NCBI GenBank assembly: GCA_025356435.1
Contig: JANXSY010000233.1
Coordinates: 7 to 64,006 of the forward strand
DNA length: 64,000 bases
Direction of reading: 5' to 3'
From: Isosphaeraceae bacterium
GTDB lineage: Bacteria; Planctomycetota; Planctomycetia; Isosphaerales; Isosphaeraceae
Positions 55,193 through 63,334 of this stretch are shown piece by piece. A program made the translations under genes and the position numbers. The notes beneath the pieces are model-generated. The model saw nothing but the letters and a program-made list of their open reading frames with translations, had not been told where the DNA came from and did no database searches. Within the stretch, counting starts at the first letter, position 1, and every line of letters starts with the position of its first letter.

Positions 55193-56434
55193 ATGCATGT
55201 GTTGCTCGTGCCCTATGGAAGTCACGGCGATGTCCATCCGTTTATCGGGTTGGGACAGGTGTTGAAATCGCGCGGGCACCGGGTCACGTTCTTCCAGCCC
55301 GAGTATTTCGGCCCCCTGATCCGGGGCTTGGGGTTCGAGATGGTCCCATTCGGCGAAGAGGGCCGGATGGAAATGGCGATGCGAAACCCCGACCTCTGGC
55401 ATCCCGTGCGAGGGTTCCAGGTGGTGGCAGCGGGCATGCTCGACGGGGCCAGGCTGGTTTACGACCTGATTGCCGAGCATTATGAGCCGGGCGAGACGGT
55501 CGTCGTCGGCGGCTCGATCGCGCTGGGCGTGCGGTTGGCACACGAGAAGCTGGGGATTCCCGCCGCGACCGTCCATCTCCAGCCGGGCGTGATCCATAGC
55601 AACGAGTCCACGCCCAACTACGGCGGCTTCGACTCGAACCGCTGGCCGAAGTGGCTCAAACGGGTCTTCTACAATTTCGTCTATGCAAAGATGATTGATC
55701 CGCACATCGAGCCTGGTTTGAATGCGATCCGGGCCGAGATCGGCCTGCCGCCGGTCAGAGACGTGATGCGCGGCTGGATGCACTCGCCGGACCTGGTCTT
55801 GGGCTTCTTCCCCGAGTGGTTTGGCCCGCCGCAGTCTGATTGGCCGGCAAACGTGAAGCTCGTCGGCTTCCCGCTCTACGACGAGCGCGACGCCACCGCG
55901 CTCTCGCCCGAGATCGGTGCCTTCCTCGATTCCGGCCCCCCGCCGATCGCCTTCACCCCCGGCTCGGCCAACATTTTCGGCCGGCCGTTCTTCGAAGCGG
56001 CGGTCGACGCCTGCGTCCGTATGGGCCGTCGCGGGCTTCTGCTCACGCGATTCCCCGAACAGGTGCCGACCGGCCTCCCCGACGGCGTTCGCCACTTCGC
56101 CTATGCCCCGTTCGGTCAGATCTTACCGAAGGTCGCCGCCCTGGTGCATCACGGCGGGGTCGGCACGGCGTCGCAGGCGATGGCTGCGGGCGTTCCCCAA
56201 CTGGTCATGCCGCTCGCCCATGACCAGTTCGACAACGCCTCGCGGATGGAGCGCCTCGGCATCGCCCGGTCGCTCGTGCCCAGGCGGTTCAAAGGCCCGG
56301 CGATCGCCAGGCGACTGGTGGGATGGATCGACTCGCCCGAAGTCCAGACGAGTTGCCGCGCGGTGGCGGATCGGATCGCCAAGGAGGACGGCTCGATGGA
56401 ACGTGCGGCCGATGCGATCGAGGCGATGACGTAG
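55193..56434 (+). CDS. GT1-family glycosyltransferase (MGT/UDP-glycosyltransferase-like)
   Basis: MHVLLVPYGSHGDVHPFIGLGQVLKSRGHRVTFF N-terminal motif. C-terminal HHGGVGTASQAMAAGVPQLVMPLAHDQFDNA nucleotide-sugar motif. Confidence 0.85.
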   Translation: MHVLLVPYGSHGDVHPFIGLGQVLKSRGHRVTFFQPEYFGPLIRGLGFEMVPFGEEGRMEMAMRNPDLWHPVRGFQVVAAGMLDGARLVYDLIAEHYEPGETVVVGGSIALGVRLAHEKLGIPAATVHLQPGVIHSNESTPNYGGFDSNRWPKWLKRVFYNFVYAKMIDPHIEPGLNAIRAEIGLPPVRDVMRGWMHSPDLVLGFFPEWFGPPQSDWPANVKLVGFPLYDERDATALSPEIGAFLDSGPPPIAFTPGSANIFGRPFFEAAVDACVRMGRRGLLLTRFPEQVPTGLPDGVRHFAYAPFGQILPKVAALVHHGGVGTASQAMAAGVPQLVMPLAHDQFDNASRMERLGIARSLVPRRFKGPAIARRLVGWIDSPEVQTSCRAVADRIAKEDGSMERAADAIEAMT

Positions 56435-56450
56435 GGACGCACGACCTTCG

Positions 56451-57977
56451 CTACGCCTCCAAACGACCTCGAAGGGCGGCGGCGGCCTTTCGGGGGTACT
56501 CGGCGCGGACGACTGCGGCGCTCACCGCTACGCGGGATGCTCCGGCTTCGATGACGGATTCGATCGTCGACTCGTCGATCCCGCCGATGGCGAACCAGGG
56601 GAGGGTGGTCGACTCTGCGGCCCTGCGGACGAGTTCGAGGCCGGCGTAGGCGTCGAAGTCTTTGGTGAGGCTGGAGAAGACGGGGCCGACACCGAGGTAG
56701 CTGGCGGCGTCGAGGGTGGCCTTTTCGAGCTGGGCAGGGTCGTGGGTTGAGACGCCGATGAGGGCGTTCGGGCCGACGATCCGCCGGGCGTCGCGGACGG
56801 TCACGTCGTCCTGGCCGAGGTGGACGCCGTCGGCCCCGGCGAGGCGGGCGAGGTCGGGGCGGTCGTTGACGATGAAGCGGGCCTTGGCCTGCGCGGTGAG
56901 GATGCGGACTTCACGGGCGCGACGGAGCCATTCGCGGTCGTCGATGTTCTTCTCGCGGAGCTGGATCACGTCGGCCCCGCCCGCGAGCGCCTCGCCGACG
57001 ATCCAGGTGAGGTCGCCTATCGTGGGCAGGCCGCCGACCAGCACCATCAGCTTCGCGTCTCCGAGGCTACGGTGAGACGACGCGGCGGTGAGGGTGAGCT
57101 TCTCCAAGGTGTAGACGTCATAGCGCAAGACCTCGAACCGGCCGGCGACCCAGGCGTCGATCAGCTTGCCGTATTCTTCGAGGGTACGGAGGGCCTCGGC
57201 CGTGCGTTTGAAGTTGGCGACGAGCACGGCGCGGGGGCTCTCGCGAGTCGACTCGGCGGCCGTCATGATGTGGGTGCCGACGTCTCCCCGGGTGTCGCGC
57301 GAGCTGATGAGCAACTCGGGGTCGATCCCGCGCAGGGCCTCGGCCAGGCGGTGCCGCACTTCTTTAAGGCGGCGAGTGAGGCCGGGGTCGTTCAGGACGA
57401 ACCGAACGTAGTCTTCGACGACGCGGAGCCCTTCGCGGGCGCGGTTGGCCGAGGCGTCGAGGATGCGGGCGATCTCGATTGCCTCGCCGGGGTCGGCGAG
57501 TTCGAGCGGGCCGATTTCGGCGGCGATCGGGATCGGCCTCGTCTCGCCGACGGCTTCCTCATTCATCCGATCGAGCAGGCTGTCTCGGTCGAGCCCCGTC
57601 CCGACGAACAGCGCCCCGTCGTCTTCCAGCAGGAGTCGGGCGAGCAGGTCTTCGGTGCCGACGTGTCGGCTCCGGTCGTGGCCGCGTGCCTGCTGATTGG
57701 CGTCCCTGAGCAGTGTCCGGAACCGGGCGGAATGCGGGATCGCCTCGGCGTCGGCCTCGTCGTCGGGGGGAGGGGACGTGGCTTGCCCGAGCGCGGCGAA
57801 GAGCCGGGCGGGATCAAGGCCAAACTCGGCGAGTCGTGCGGCGGCCCGGCTCTCATCCTCGTCGACCAGGGCGGCGACAAGGTCTGCCAATTCGACCCGA
57901 CCCGCGCCTCGCAACCTGGCGCGCGCCTCGGATCGACGGATCGCCCGCAAGGCACCGGCGGTGAAAGACTCTAGCAT
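56451..57977 (-). CDS. thiE: long-form thiamine-phosphate synthase: Clp_N-like double repeat + helical middle domain + ThiE
   Basis: ORF track 508 aa. The N-terminus FTAGALRAIRRSEARARLRGAGRVELADLVAALVDED...HVGTEDLLARLLLEDDG resembles Clp N-terminal repeats. C-terminal ThiE motifs ADVIQLREKN, IVNDRPDLA, GADGVHLGQDD, IGVSTHD and PWFAIGGI. Confidence 0.85.
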   Translation of the reverse strand: MLESFTAGALRAIRRSEARARLRGAGRVELADLVAALVDEDESRAAARLAEFGLDPARLFAALGQATSPPPDDEADAEAIPHSARFRTLLRDANQQARGHDRSRHVGTEDLLARLLLEDDGALFVGTGLDRDSLLDRMNEEAVGETRPIPIAAEIGPLELADPGEAIEIARILDASANRAREGLRVVEDYVRFVLNDPGLTRRLKEVRHRLAEALRGIDPELLISSRDTRGDVGTHIMTAAESTRESPRAVLVANFKRTAEALRTLEEYGKLIDAWVAGRFEVLRYDVYTLEKLTLTAASSHRSLGDAKLMVLVGGLPTIGDLTWIVGEALAGGADVIQLREKNIDDREWLRRAREVRILTAQAKARFIVNDRPDLARLAGADGVHLGQDDVTVRDARRIVGPNALIGVSTHDPAQLEKATLDAASYLGVGPVFSSLTKDFDAYAGLELVRRAAESTTLPWFAIGGIDESTIESVIEAGASRVAVSAAVVRAEYPRKAAAALRGRLEA

Positions 57978-58009
57978 CGTCGCGGCCTCGTCCCCTCTTT
58001 GACCTTATA

Positions 58010-58025
58010 CGGCGCTTGATTTGCT
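58010..58025 (+). promoter_or_regulatory. candidate sigma-54 promoter (CGGCGC-TTGAT-TTGCT)
   Basis: CGGCGCTTGATTTGCT with the correct GG-N10-GC spacing, about 110-130 nt upstream of the glutathione peroxidase start. Confidence 0.35.
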
Positions 58026-58134
58026 GAAAGTGGAAGGCCATCATAACCGGTGGACAATCTTCAAACCGCCCGAACTTGTGGACCGCCCGCGCGGTCCCGC
58101 CCCACCCCCAGCCCCATTCAGGAACGTACCCACC

Positions 58135-58737
58135 GTGATCGCTCGACTCGTCTCGATGGTCGTGGCCCCCGCGGCCCTGATCGGCCTCGTCGCCTTCTCG
58201 GCGATGGCCGAAGCCCCCGCAAAGGAGAAGTCTGCCGTGACCGACTCCGTCTTGAAGTTCCAAGTCAAAGACATTGACGGCAAGCCCGTCGACCTGGCCA
58301 AGTACAAGGGCGAGGTCATCCTGATCGTCAACACGGCCAGCATGTGCGGTTATACCGACCAGTATACGGGACTGGAAGCGATCTACGAGAAGTACAAGGG
58401 CAAGGGCTTCGAAATCCTCGCCTTCCCCGCCAACGAGTTCGGCAAGCAAGAGCCCGGCTCGAACGCCGACATCAAGACCTTCTGCTCGACGACCTATAAG
58501 GTCTCGTTCCCGCTCTTCTCGAAGGTCGTGGCCAAGGGCGAAGGGATCGACCCGCTCTACAAGTTCCTGACCAGCCCCGAGACCGACCCTAAGTTCGCAG
58601 GCGAGATCACCTGGAACTTCAACAAGTTCCTCGTCAACCGCAAGGGTGAGGTCATCGCCCGGTTCGCGTCGGGTGACGCACCCGAGTCGGCCAAGGTCGT
58701 CAAGGCCGTCGAGTCGGCTCTGGCCGAGGCGAAGTAA
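58135..58737 (+). CDS. glutathione peroxidase (Cys type), secreted
   Basis: In frame with track ORF 58021-58737. VNTASMCGYTDQY...LAFPANEFGKQEPG...WNFNKFLV. Signal-like N-terminus from the GTG at 58135 (the ATG at 58156 is also possible). Confidence 0.9.
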   Translation: MIARLVSMVVAPAALIGLVAFSAMAEAPAKEKSAVTDSVLKFQVKDIDGKPVDLAKYKGEVILIVNTASMCGYTDQYTGLEAIYEKYKGKGFEILAFPANEFGKQEPGSNADIKTFCSTTYKVSFPLFSKVVAKGEGIDPLYKFLTSPETDPKFAGEITWNFNKFLVNRKGEVIARFASGDAPESAKVVKAVESALAEAK

Positions 58738-58820
58738 GGTTGAGGTGACCGTCAATGATCGGGAGTGATGCCTTCGGGCGTGACTCCCGATCTCCTTTGC
58801 GGAGACGCTTTACCCTAGCG

Positions 58821-60167
58821 TCAGACCAGTTCCTTCATCGGACTCTGGACATCAAGGATGCTCATCGGCCGACCCGCGTGGTTGGGGAAGCTGGCCGAGG
58901 GGTCGATGCCGAGGTTGTGGTAGAGGGTGGCGAAGATTTCCTGCATCTTCACCGGGCGGTCTTTGGGGACTTCGCCGAGCCGGTTGGTCGAGCCGATGAC
59001 CTGACCCGTTTTCATGCCGCCGCCCGCGAGCAGGGCACACGAGGCAGGGGCCCAGTGGTCGCGCCCTCCCTGAGCATTAATCCTGGGTGACCGGCCGAAT
59101 TCGCCCCAAACGACAACGGACACGTCCTTGTCGAGCCCCCGGACGTGCAGGTCTTCGATCAAGGCCGAGAGCGCCATGTCGAGCTTGGGCAGGCGCATCC
59201 GACACTGGGCGAAGTTGCGCGAGTGGTAGTCCCACCGACCGAAGCCGATCGTGACGACCCTCGCTCCGGCCTCGACCAGCCGACGCGCCATCAGAAAGTG
59301 ATCCATGCAGCAGGGGGGGCCGTCGTCGACCGGGTCCAGGTCGCCGATCCCATACTTGGCACGCAGGCGAGGGTCTTCCTTCGAGAGGTCAAGGGCGTCG
59401 ACCATCTTGCTCGACGTGAGGATCTCGAACGACCGGCGGGTGAAGACGTCGAGGCCGTCGAGCGTGCCTGAAGAGTCGATGTCGCGGCGGAGGTGGTCGA
59501 ACGCGGCGAGCAGCCCCTTGCGGCCGTCGAATCTCGACCGGCTGAAGCCTTTCGGCAGCGTCATGCTCGCCAGTTCGGGGCCGTTCGGAGTGAACGGCGC
59601 ATGGGCCAGGCCCAGGTAGCCAGGGGCGCCCGGATTGCCCCAGGGGGCGTGGATCGTCTTGGGAGACAGGCCGACGAACGGTGGGACGGCCGGGTCGACC
59701 GGGCCGTTCAGCTTCGAGACGACCGCGCCGAGGCTCGGCCGACCGCCCGCGATTCGGCTCTCGTCGCGGGAATAGCCCGTCAGGCAGATCGAGGCGTCGT
59801 GTTCGTCGCGGCAGTCAGCGATCGACCGGATCAGCGCGATCTTGTCCATGATCTGGGCGAGCCTCGGCAGATGCTCGCAGATCGAGATCCCGGGGACGTT
59901 CGTCGCGATCGGCCGGAACTCGCCGCGAATCTCGGACGGAGCTTCGGGCTTGAGGTCGAACATGTCCTGATGCGGCGGCCCGCCCGCCAGGAAGACCATG
60001 ATGACCGCCTTGTGGGACGACTTCGTCCCCGACGACATCGCCTGCTCGGCCCTCAGCAGCCCCGGCAGGCTGAGCCCGCCCATCGCCAGCCCGCCCATCC
60101 GCAGCATGTCGCGACGGGTCATGCCGTCGCAGAACCCACGATACGGCTCGCCCTCGACTGTGAGCAT
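58821..60167 (-). CDS. DUF1501 domain protein (sulfatase-like fold, Tat-type signal)
   Basis: MLTVEGEPYRGFCDGMTRRDMLRMGGLAMGG twin-Arg N-terminus. WDYHSRNF and GRDHW motifs. Start at the internal ATG 60165-60167. Confidence 0.85.
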   Translation of the reverse strand: MLTVEGEPYRGFCDGMTRRDMLRMGGLAMGGLSLPGLLRAEQAMSSGTKSSHKAVIMVFLAGGPPHQDMFDLKPEAPSEIRGEFRPIATNVPGISICEHLPRLAQIMDKIALIRSIADCRDEHDASICLTGYSRDESRIAGGRPSLGAVVSKLNGPVDPAVPPFVGLSPKTIHAPWGNPGAPGYLGLAHAPFTPNGPELASMTLPKGFSRSRFDGRKGLLAAFDHLRRDIDSSGTLDGLDVFTRRSFEILTSSKMVDALDLSKEDPRLRAKYGIGDLDPVDDGPPCCMDHFLMARRLVEAGARVVTIGFGRWDYHSRNFAQCRMRLPKLDMALSALIEDLHVRGLDKDVSVVVWGEFGRSPRINAQGGRDHWAPASCALLAGGGMKTGQVIGSTNRLGEVPKDRPVKMQEIFATLYHNLGIDPSASFPNHAGRPMSILDVQSPMKELV

Positions 60168-60277
60168 CGACGACCCCCGGCCGGCTGGAGAGATTGGACG
60201 AGCCTGACGATAAGTTGGCCCATTGTTTAACAATGAGATCAGAAACGAACGATCCTGGCAAGGGAAGCCCAGACGGA

Positions 60278-60847
60278 TCATCGGGTTCGGTAGGTCCGAG
60301 AGATCGACGGTTCGTCGTTGACCTGAGAGGCGAAGACCCGCCGGGCGGGAGGGACTGCAAGATGGTCTTCGACCTGGAGCACGCCCCGCACGTCCCTCGT
60401 CAGGTCGACAGCGGCATCCTTGTCATCAGCGGTGGGGACCAGCCCTTTCAGGACCACGACGCCCTCTGCATCGACCTGGACGTCGATATTCTGAGCATTC
60501 AACGACTTATCCTGGAGGAGCCGGGCCTTCACCTGGCTGATGAGGTCTTGATTACGGCCCGAAGCCCTGGCCCGAGAGACCCGATCGCGGACAGTCGTCG
60601 AAACGTCCTGCACCCCCTGGGCGACCTTGCGGACAGTCCCGTCGATCGTGCCTTCCTCCTCATTCGACGTGACCGCAGCGCCATCGGATGCCCTTGGACC
60701 GCCTCGGCCGACGCCGACCCACGACGACCCGAGGACGCCGATCACGATCCCGACGACGCCCCATCGCGATCGGGCGAATGGCAGCCCACGACGGCTCGAA
60801 CCTTCGCCCTGTTCCAAACCCTCGGTCCGCGACGAGATCCTGCGCAT
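60278..60847 (-). CDS. BON-domain protein with N-terminal TM anchor
   Basis: ORF track 189 aa. DLISQVKARLLQDKSLNAQNIDVQVDAEGVVVLKGLVPTADDKDAAVDLTRDVRGVLQVEDHL is a BON domain. Confidence 0.8.
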   Translation of the reverse strand: MRRISSRTEGLEQGEGSSRRGLPFARSRWGVVGIVIGVLGSSWVGVGRGGPRASDGAAVTSNEEEGTIDGTVRKVAQGVQDVSTTVRDRVSRARASGRNQDLISQVKARLLQDKSLNAQNIDVQVDAEGVVVLKGLVPTADDKDAAVDLTRDVRGVLQVEDHLAVPPARRVFASQVNDEPSISRTYRTR

Positions 60848-61225
60848 CGTTTTCGTCCTCCCATGACGAGTCTTGGTCAGTCAGTCCGTCTCGGCATTCT
60901 TACAAAGACTTGCAAAGACATCAACCTCTTTATCGGACGACCGCGCAGGAAAAATTGAAGGAACGGAGGCCTGTCCCAACGCGATCCGGTCCACCCGTCA
61001 CAAGCCGTCGATCCGGCAGGGAACCCTCGAACCAGACGATTTTCAAGTCGCCAAGCCCAGGGCTTTGTGACCTATCTACCGACGCGAATCGGGTCTCGGC
61101 TGATTTATCGCACAGTTTTTTGTCAAAAAGGGCGACTTCCGGTGGACGACGGCGGAACGCTTGCCATACAATAGGAAGCTAGAGGCGTCGCACAGTCCCG
61201 TCGAAGCCTGGCCCGAACTTGGGGG

Positions 61226-61873
61226 ATGACGATGTCGGAATCGTCGGACCGTCCGCTCCTAGACCTGATCCGCCGCGAAGGCCCTGTGACCGTCGCCGAA
61301 ATGGCCGGCCGCCTCGGGGTCACGGCGACGGCGGTCCGTAACCGGCTCGTCCGGCTGGTCGATTCGGGGCTCGTCGAGCGTCGGGCCGAGCAGGGGGGAC
61401 GTGGGCGTCCGCGTCATACCTACAGGGCGAGCGTCGAGGCTCAGAAGCAGATCGGCCAGAATTACGCGGAGCTTGCCGTCGTGCTCTGGGACGAGCTGAT
61501 GAGCGCGGTCGAAGATCGCAAGCTTCGGCGATTTCTCTTCGGCCGGATCACCGAACGGATGGCCAACCTCTACCGCTCACAGCTTCAAGGCGACGAGTGG
61601 GAAGGGCGGCTGGTCCAGCTCGGGACGATCCTCCACGACCGAGGGATCGAAGCGGAAGTCACCCACGCTGGCGTTGGGGCGTTGCCAGTGCTCAAGCAGC
61701 ACTCGTGCCCCTACTATGCCTTGGCGGAGGTTGACAGAGCCGTGTGCGCGATGGAACGGAAGATGTTCGAGAAGGTCGTCGGACGGAGCCTGCGGCTTAG
61801 CCAGTGCCGTCTCGATGGCCATCGGTCGTGCGACTTCGAAGCCAAGCCAATGCTCGTCGGTCTTCCGGCGTGA
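61226..61873 (+). CDS. sufR: SufR-like Fe-S cluster biogenesis transcriptional regulator
   Basis: ORF track 215 aa. N-terminal wHTH (LLDLIRREGPVTVAEMAGRLGVTATAVRNRLVRLVDSGLVER). C-terminal Cys set CPYYALAEVDRAVCAMERK...QCRLDGHRSC. Located upstream of sufC and sufB. Confidence 0.75.
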   Translation: MTMSESSDRPLLDLIRREGPVTVAEMAGRLGVTATAVRNRLVRLVDSGLVERRAEQGGRGRPRHTYRASVEAQKQIGQNYAELAVVLWDELMSAVEDRKLRRFLFGRITERMANLYRSQLQGDEWEGRLVQLGTILHDRGIEAEVTHAGVGALPVLKQHSCPYYALAEVDRAVCAMERKMFEKVVGRSLRLSQCRLDGHRSCDFEAKPMLVGLPA

Positions 61874-61905
61874 ATGGCGTGCTTTCTGCGGGATCGGATC
61901 ACACA

Positions 61906-61928
61906 CAGACTTTAATCTTTAGAGTCTG
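61906..61928. promoter_or_regulatory. 23-bp imperfect palindrome between sufR and sufC (operator or hairpin candidate)
   Basis: CAGACTTTAATCTTTAGAGTCTG: 9 of 11 arm positions are complementary. It is 25 nt upstream of the sufC ATG. Confidence 0.35.
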
Positions 61929-61952
61929 CAACCTAGGGCGGAACGCGAACTG

Positions 61953-62768
61953 ATGAGCAAGGTGTTGACGATCGAGAACCTCCACGTCGCAATCGACGGT
62001 AAGGAAATTCTCAAAGGTGTCGACCTCACGATCCGCCAAGGCGAAATCCACGCCTTGATGGGGCCGAATGGGTCGGGCAAGAGCACCCTCAGCTACGCAC
62101 TGATGGGCCACCCGAGCTACGACGTGACCGAGGGGTCAATCAAGATCGACGGCGTTGACCTCATCGACATGGAGGCCGACGAACGTGCCAAGGCAGGCAT
62201 CTTCCTCGCCTTCCAGTATCCGACATCGATCCCGGGCGTGACGGTCGCCAACTTCCTCCGCCACGCGGTCTCGAACGTCCGCAACCCCGAGCGGCTCGAA
62301 GGCCACGACCTTATGCCGATGCGTGACTTCCGCAAGGAACTCCGCGAGCAGATGGCCGACCTCGGTGTCGACCAGGAATTCGCCCGCCGCTATCTCAACG
62401 AGGGCTTCTCCGGCGGCGAGAAGAAGCGGGCAGAAATCCTCCAGATGGCGATGCTCAAGCCGGCGTTTGCCATCCTCGACGAGACTGATAGCGGCCTCGA
62501 CATCGACGCCGTTCGGATCGTCTCCGAGGGGATCAACAAGGTCGCCGCCGAGTCAAAGGCCGGTGTCCTCGTCATCACCCACACCCAGCGCTTCCTGAAG
62601 CTCGTCCCGCCCCAGTTCGTCCACATCTTCTTCGGCGGCCGGATCGTCGAGAACGGTGGCCCCGAGCTGGTCGACAAGCTCGAACGCGAAGGCTACGACT
62701 GGATTCGCGCCAAGTATCCCGAGGCGGCCCAGGTCGAGGACGAGTTGGAACAGAACGCGATCGCCTAG
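61953..62768 (+). CDS. sufC: Fe-S cluster assembly ATPase SufC
   Basis: ORF track 271 aa. GEIHALMGPNGSGKSTLSYALMGHPSYDVTEGSI, LNEGFSGGEKKRAEILQM and AILDETDSGLDIDA. Confidence 0.95.
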   Translation: MSKVLTIENLHVAIDGKEILKGVDLTIRQGEIHALMGPNGSGKSTLSYALMGHPSYDVTEGSIKIDGVDLIDMEADERAKAGIFLAFQYPTSIPGVTVANFLRHAVSNVRNPERLEGHDLMPMRDFRKELREQMADLGVDQEFARRYLNEGFSGGEKKRAEILQMAMLKPAFAILDETDSGLDIDAVRIVSEGINKVAAESKAGVLVITHTQRFLKLVPPQFVHIFFGGRIVENGGPELVDKLEREGYDWIRAKYPEAAQVEDELEQNAIA

Positions 62769-62953
62769 ACCCTGGGTTCCCAGGTTCGAGGCGGGTTCAT
62801 TCCGACCGTTCTTTGCGATGGACCGTTCCAATTTCTCTGCTACGCAAGCGACGGAAACGAGCCTCGGACGCAATCGTGGTTTGGGTCGGCCCGACCTGTA
62901 CACGATTGAATACACTAACACAAGAGTGATCGTTCAATTGAGGGCCGCGTGAG

Positions 62954-63316
62954 ATGATGTCTTTAACTCATAAAGTGGGGTCGCCACACGTCGTCTCCGC
63001 GGCGTTCATGAACCGGGGCACCCGTGTCTCCGTCGAATTGGACGATGGGCAGACCATCGCGGCCCCGCTCGCCTCCTATCACCGCCTCCAACACGGCTCG
63101 CCCAGAGATCGCAAAGATTGGCTCATGGGCGTCGAGACTGGTATCCACTGGCCCGACCTTGACGAAGATATCAGCGTTGAGGCCCTGCGTCTTGGCAGGC
63201 GTTCCCTGGAGAGCCAAAGTTCCATCCGGCGGCGGCTCGACGAGCATGCCGCGAGGACGAAACGGCGGAAATTACGCAATACGCACGCTCAAATTGAGCC
63301 ATCGCACAATATCTAA
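62954..63316 (+). CDS. DUF2442 domain protein
   Basis: ORF track 120 aa. VELDDGQTIAAPLASYHRLQHGSPRDRKDWLMGVETGIHWPDLDEDISVEALRLG matches the DUF2442 pattern (IHWPDLDEDISVE). Lower GC than the neighbouring genes. Confidence 0.7.
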   Translation: MMSLTHKVGSPHVVSAAFMNRGTRVSVELDDGQTIAAPLASYHRLQHGSPRDRKDWLMGVETGIHWPDLDEDISVEALRLGRRSLESQSSIRRRLDEHAARTKRRKLRNTHAQIEPSHNI

Positions 63317-63334
63317 GGAAGGGCGAGAACTCTC

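Noticed and set aside
53645-56095. 816-aa minus-strand ORF, the longest uncharacterised ORF in the track
   Set aside because: It lies entirely antisense to the well-supported fucosidase and GT1 genes. Its product is Arg/Gly/Pro/Asp-rich low-complexity sequence with no motifs. This is the typical shadow ORF of high-GC DNA.
57978-58134. TPP riboswitch upstream of thiE
   Set aside because: The upstream region is short and shared with the gpx promoter. I could not find the conserved CUGAGA or ACCUGAUCUGG-type cores on the thiE strand.
62780-62800. GGTTCGAGG, a tRNA T-loop-like string
   Set aside because: No acceptor, D or anticodon stems can be built around it. I found no tRNA, rRNA, tmRNA or RNase P-like sequences in any intergenic region of the window.
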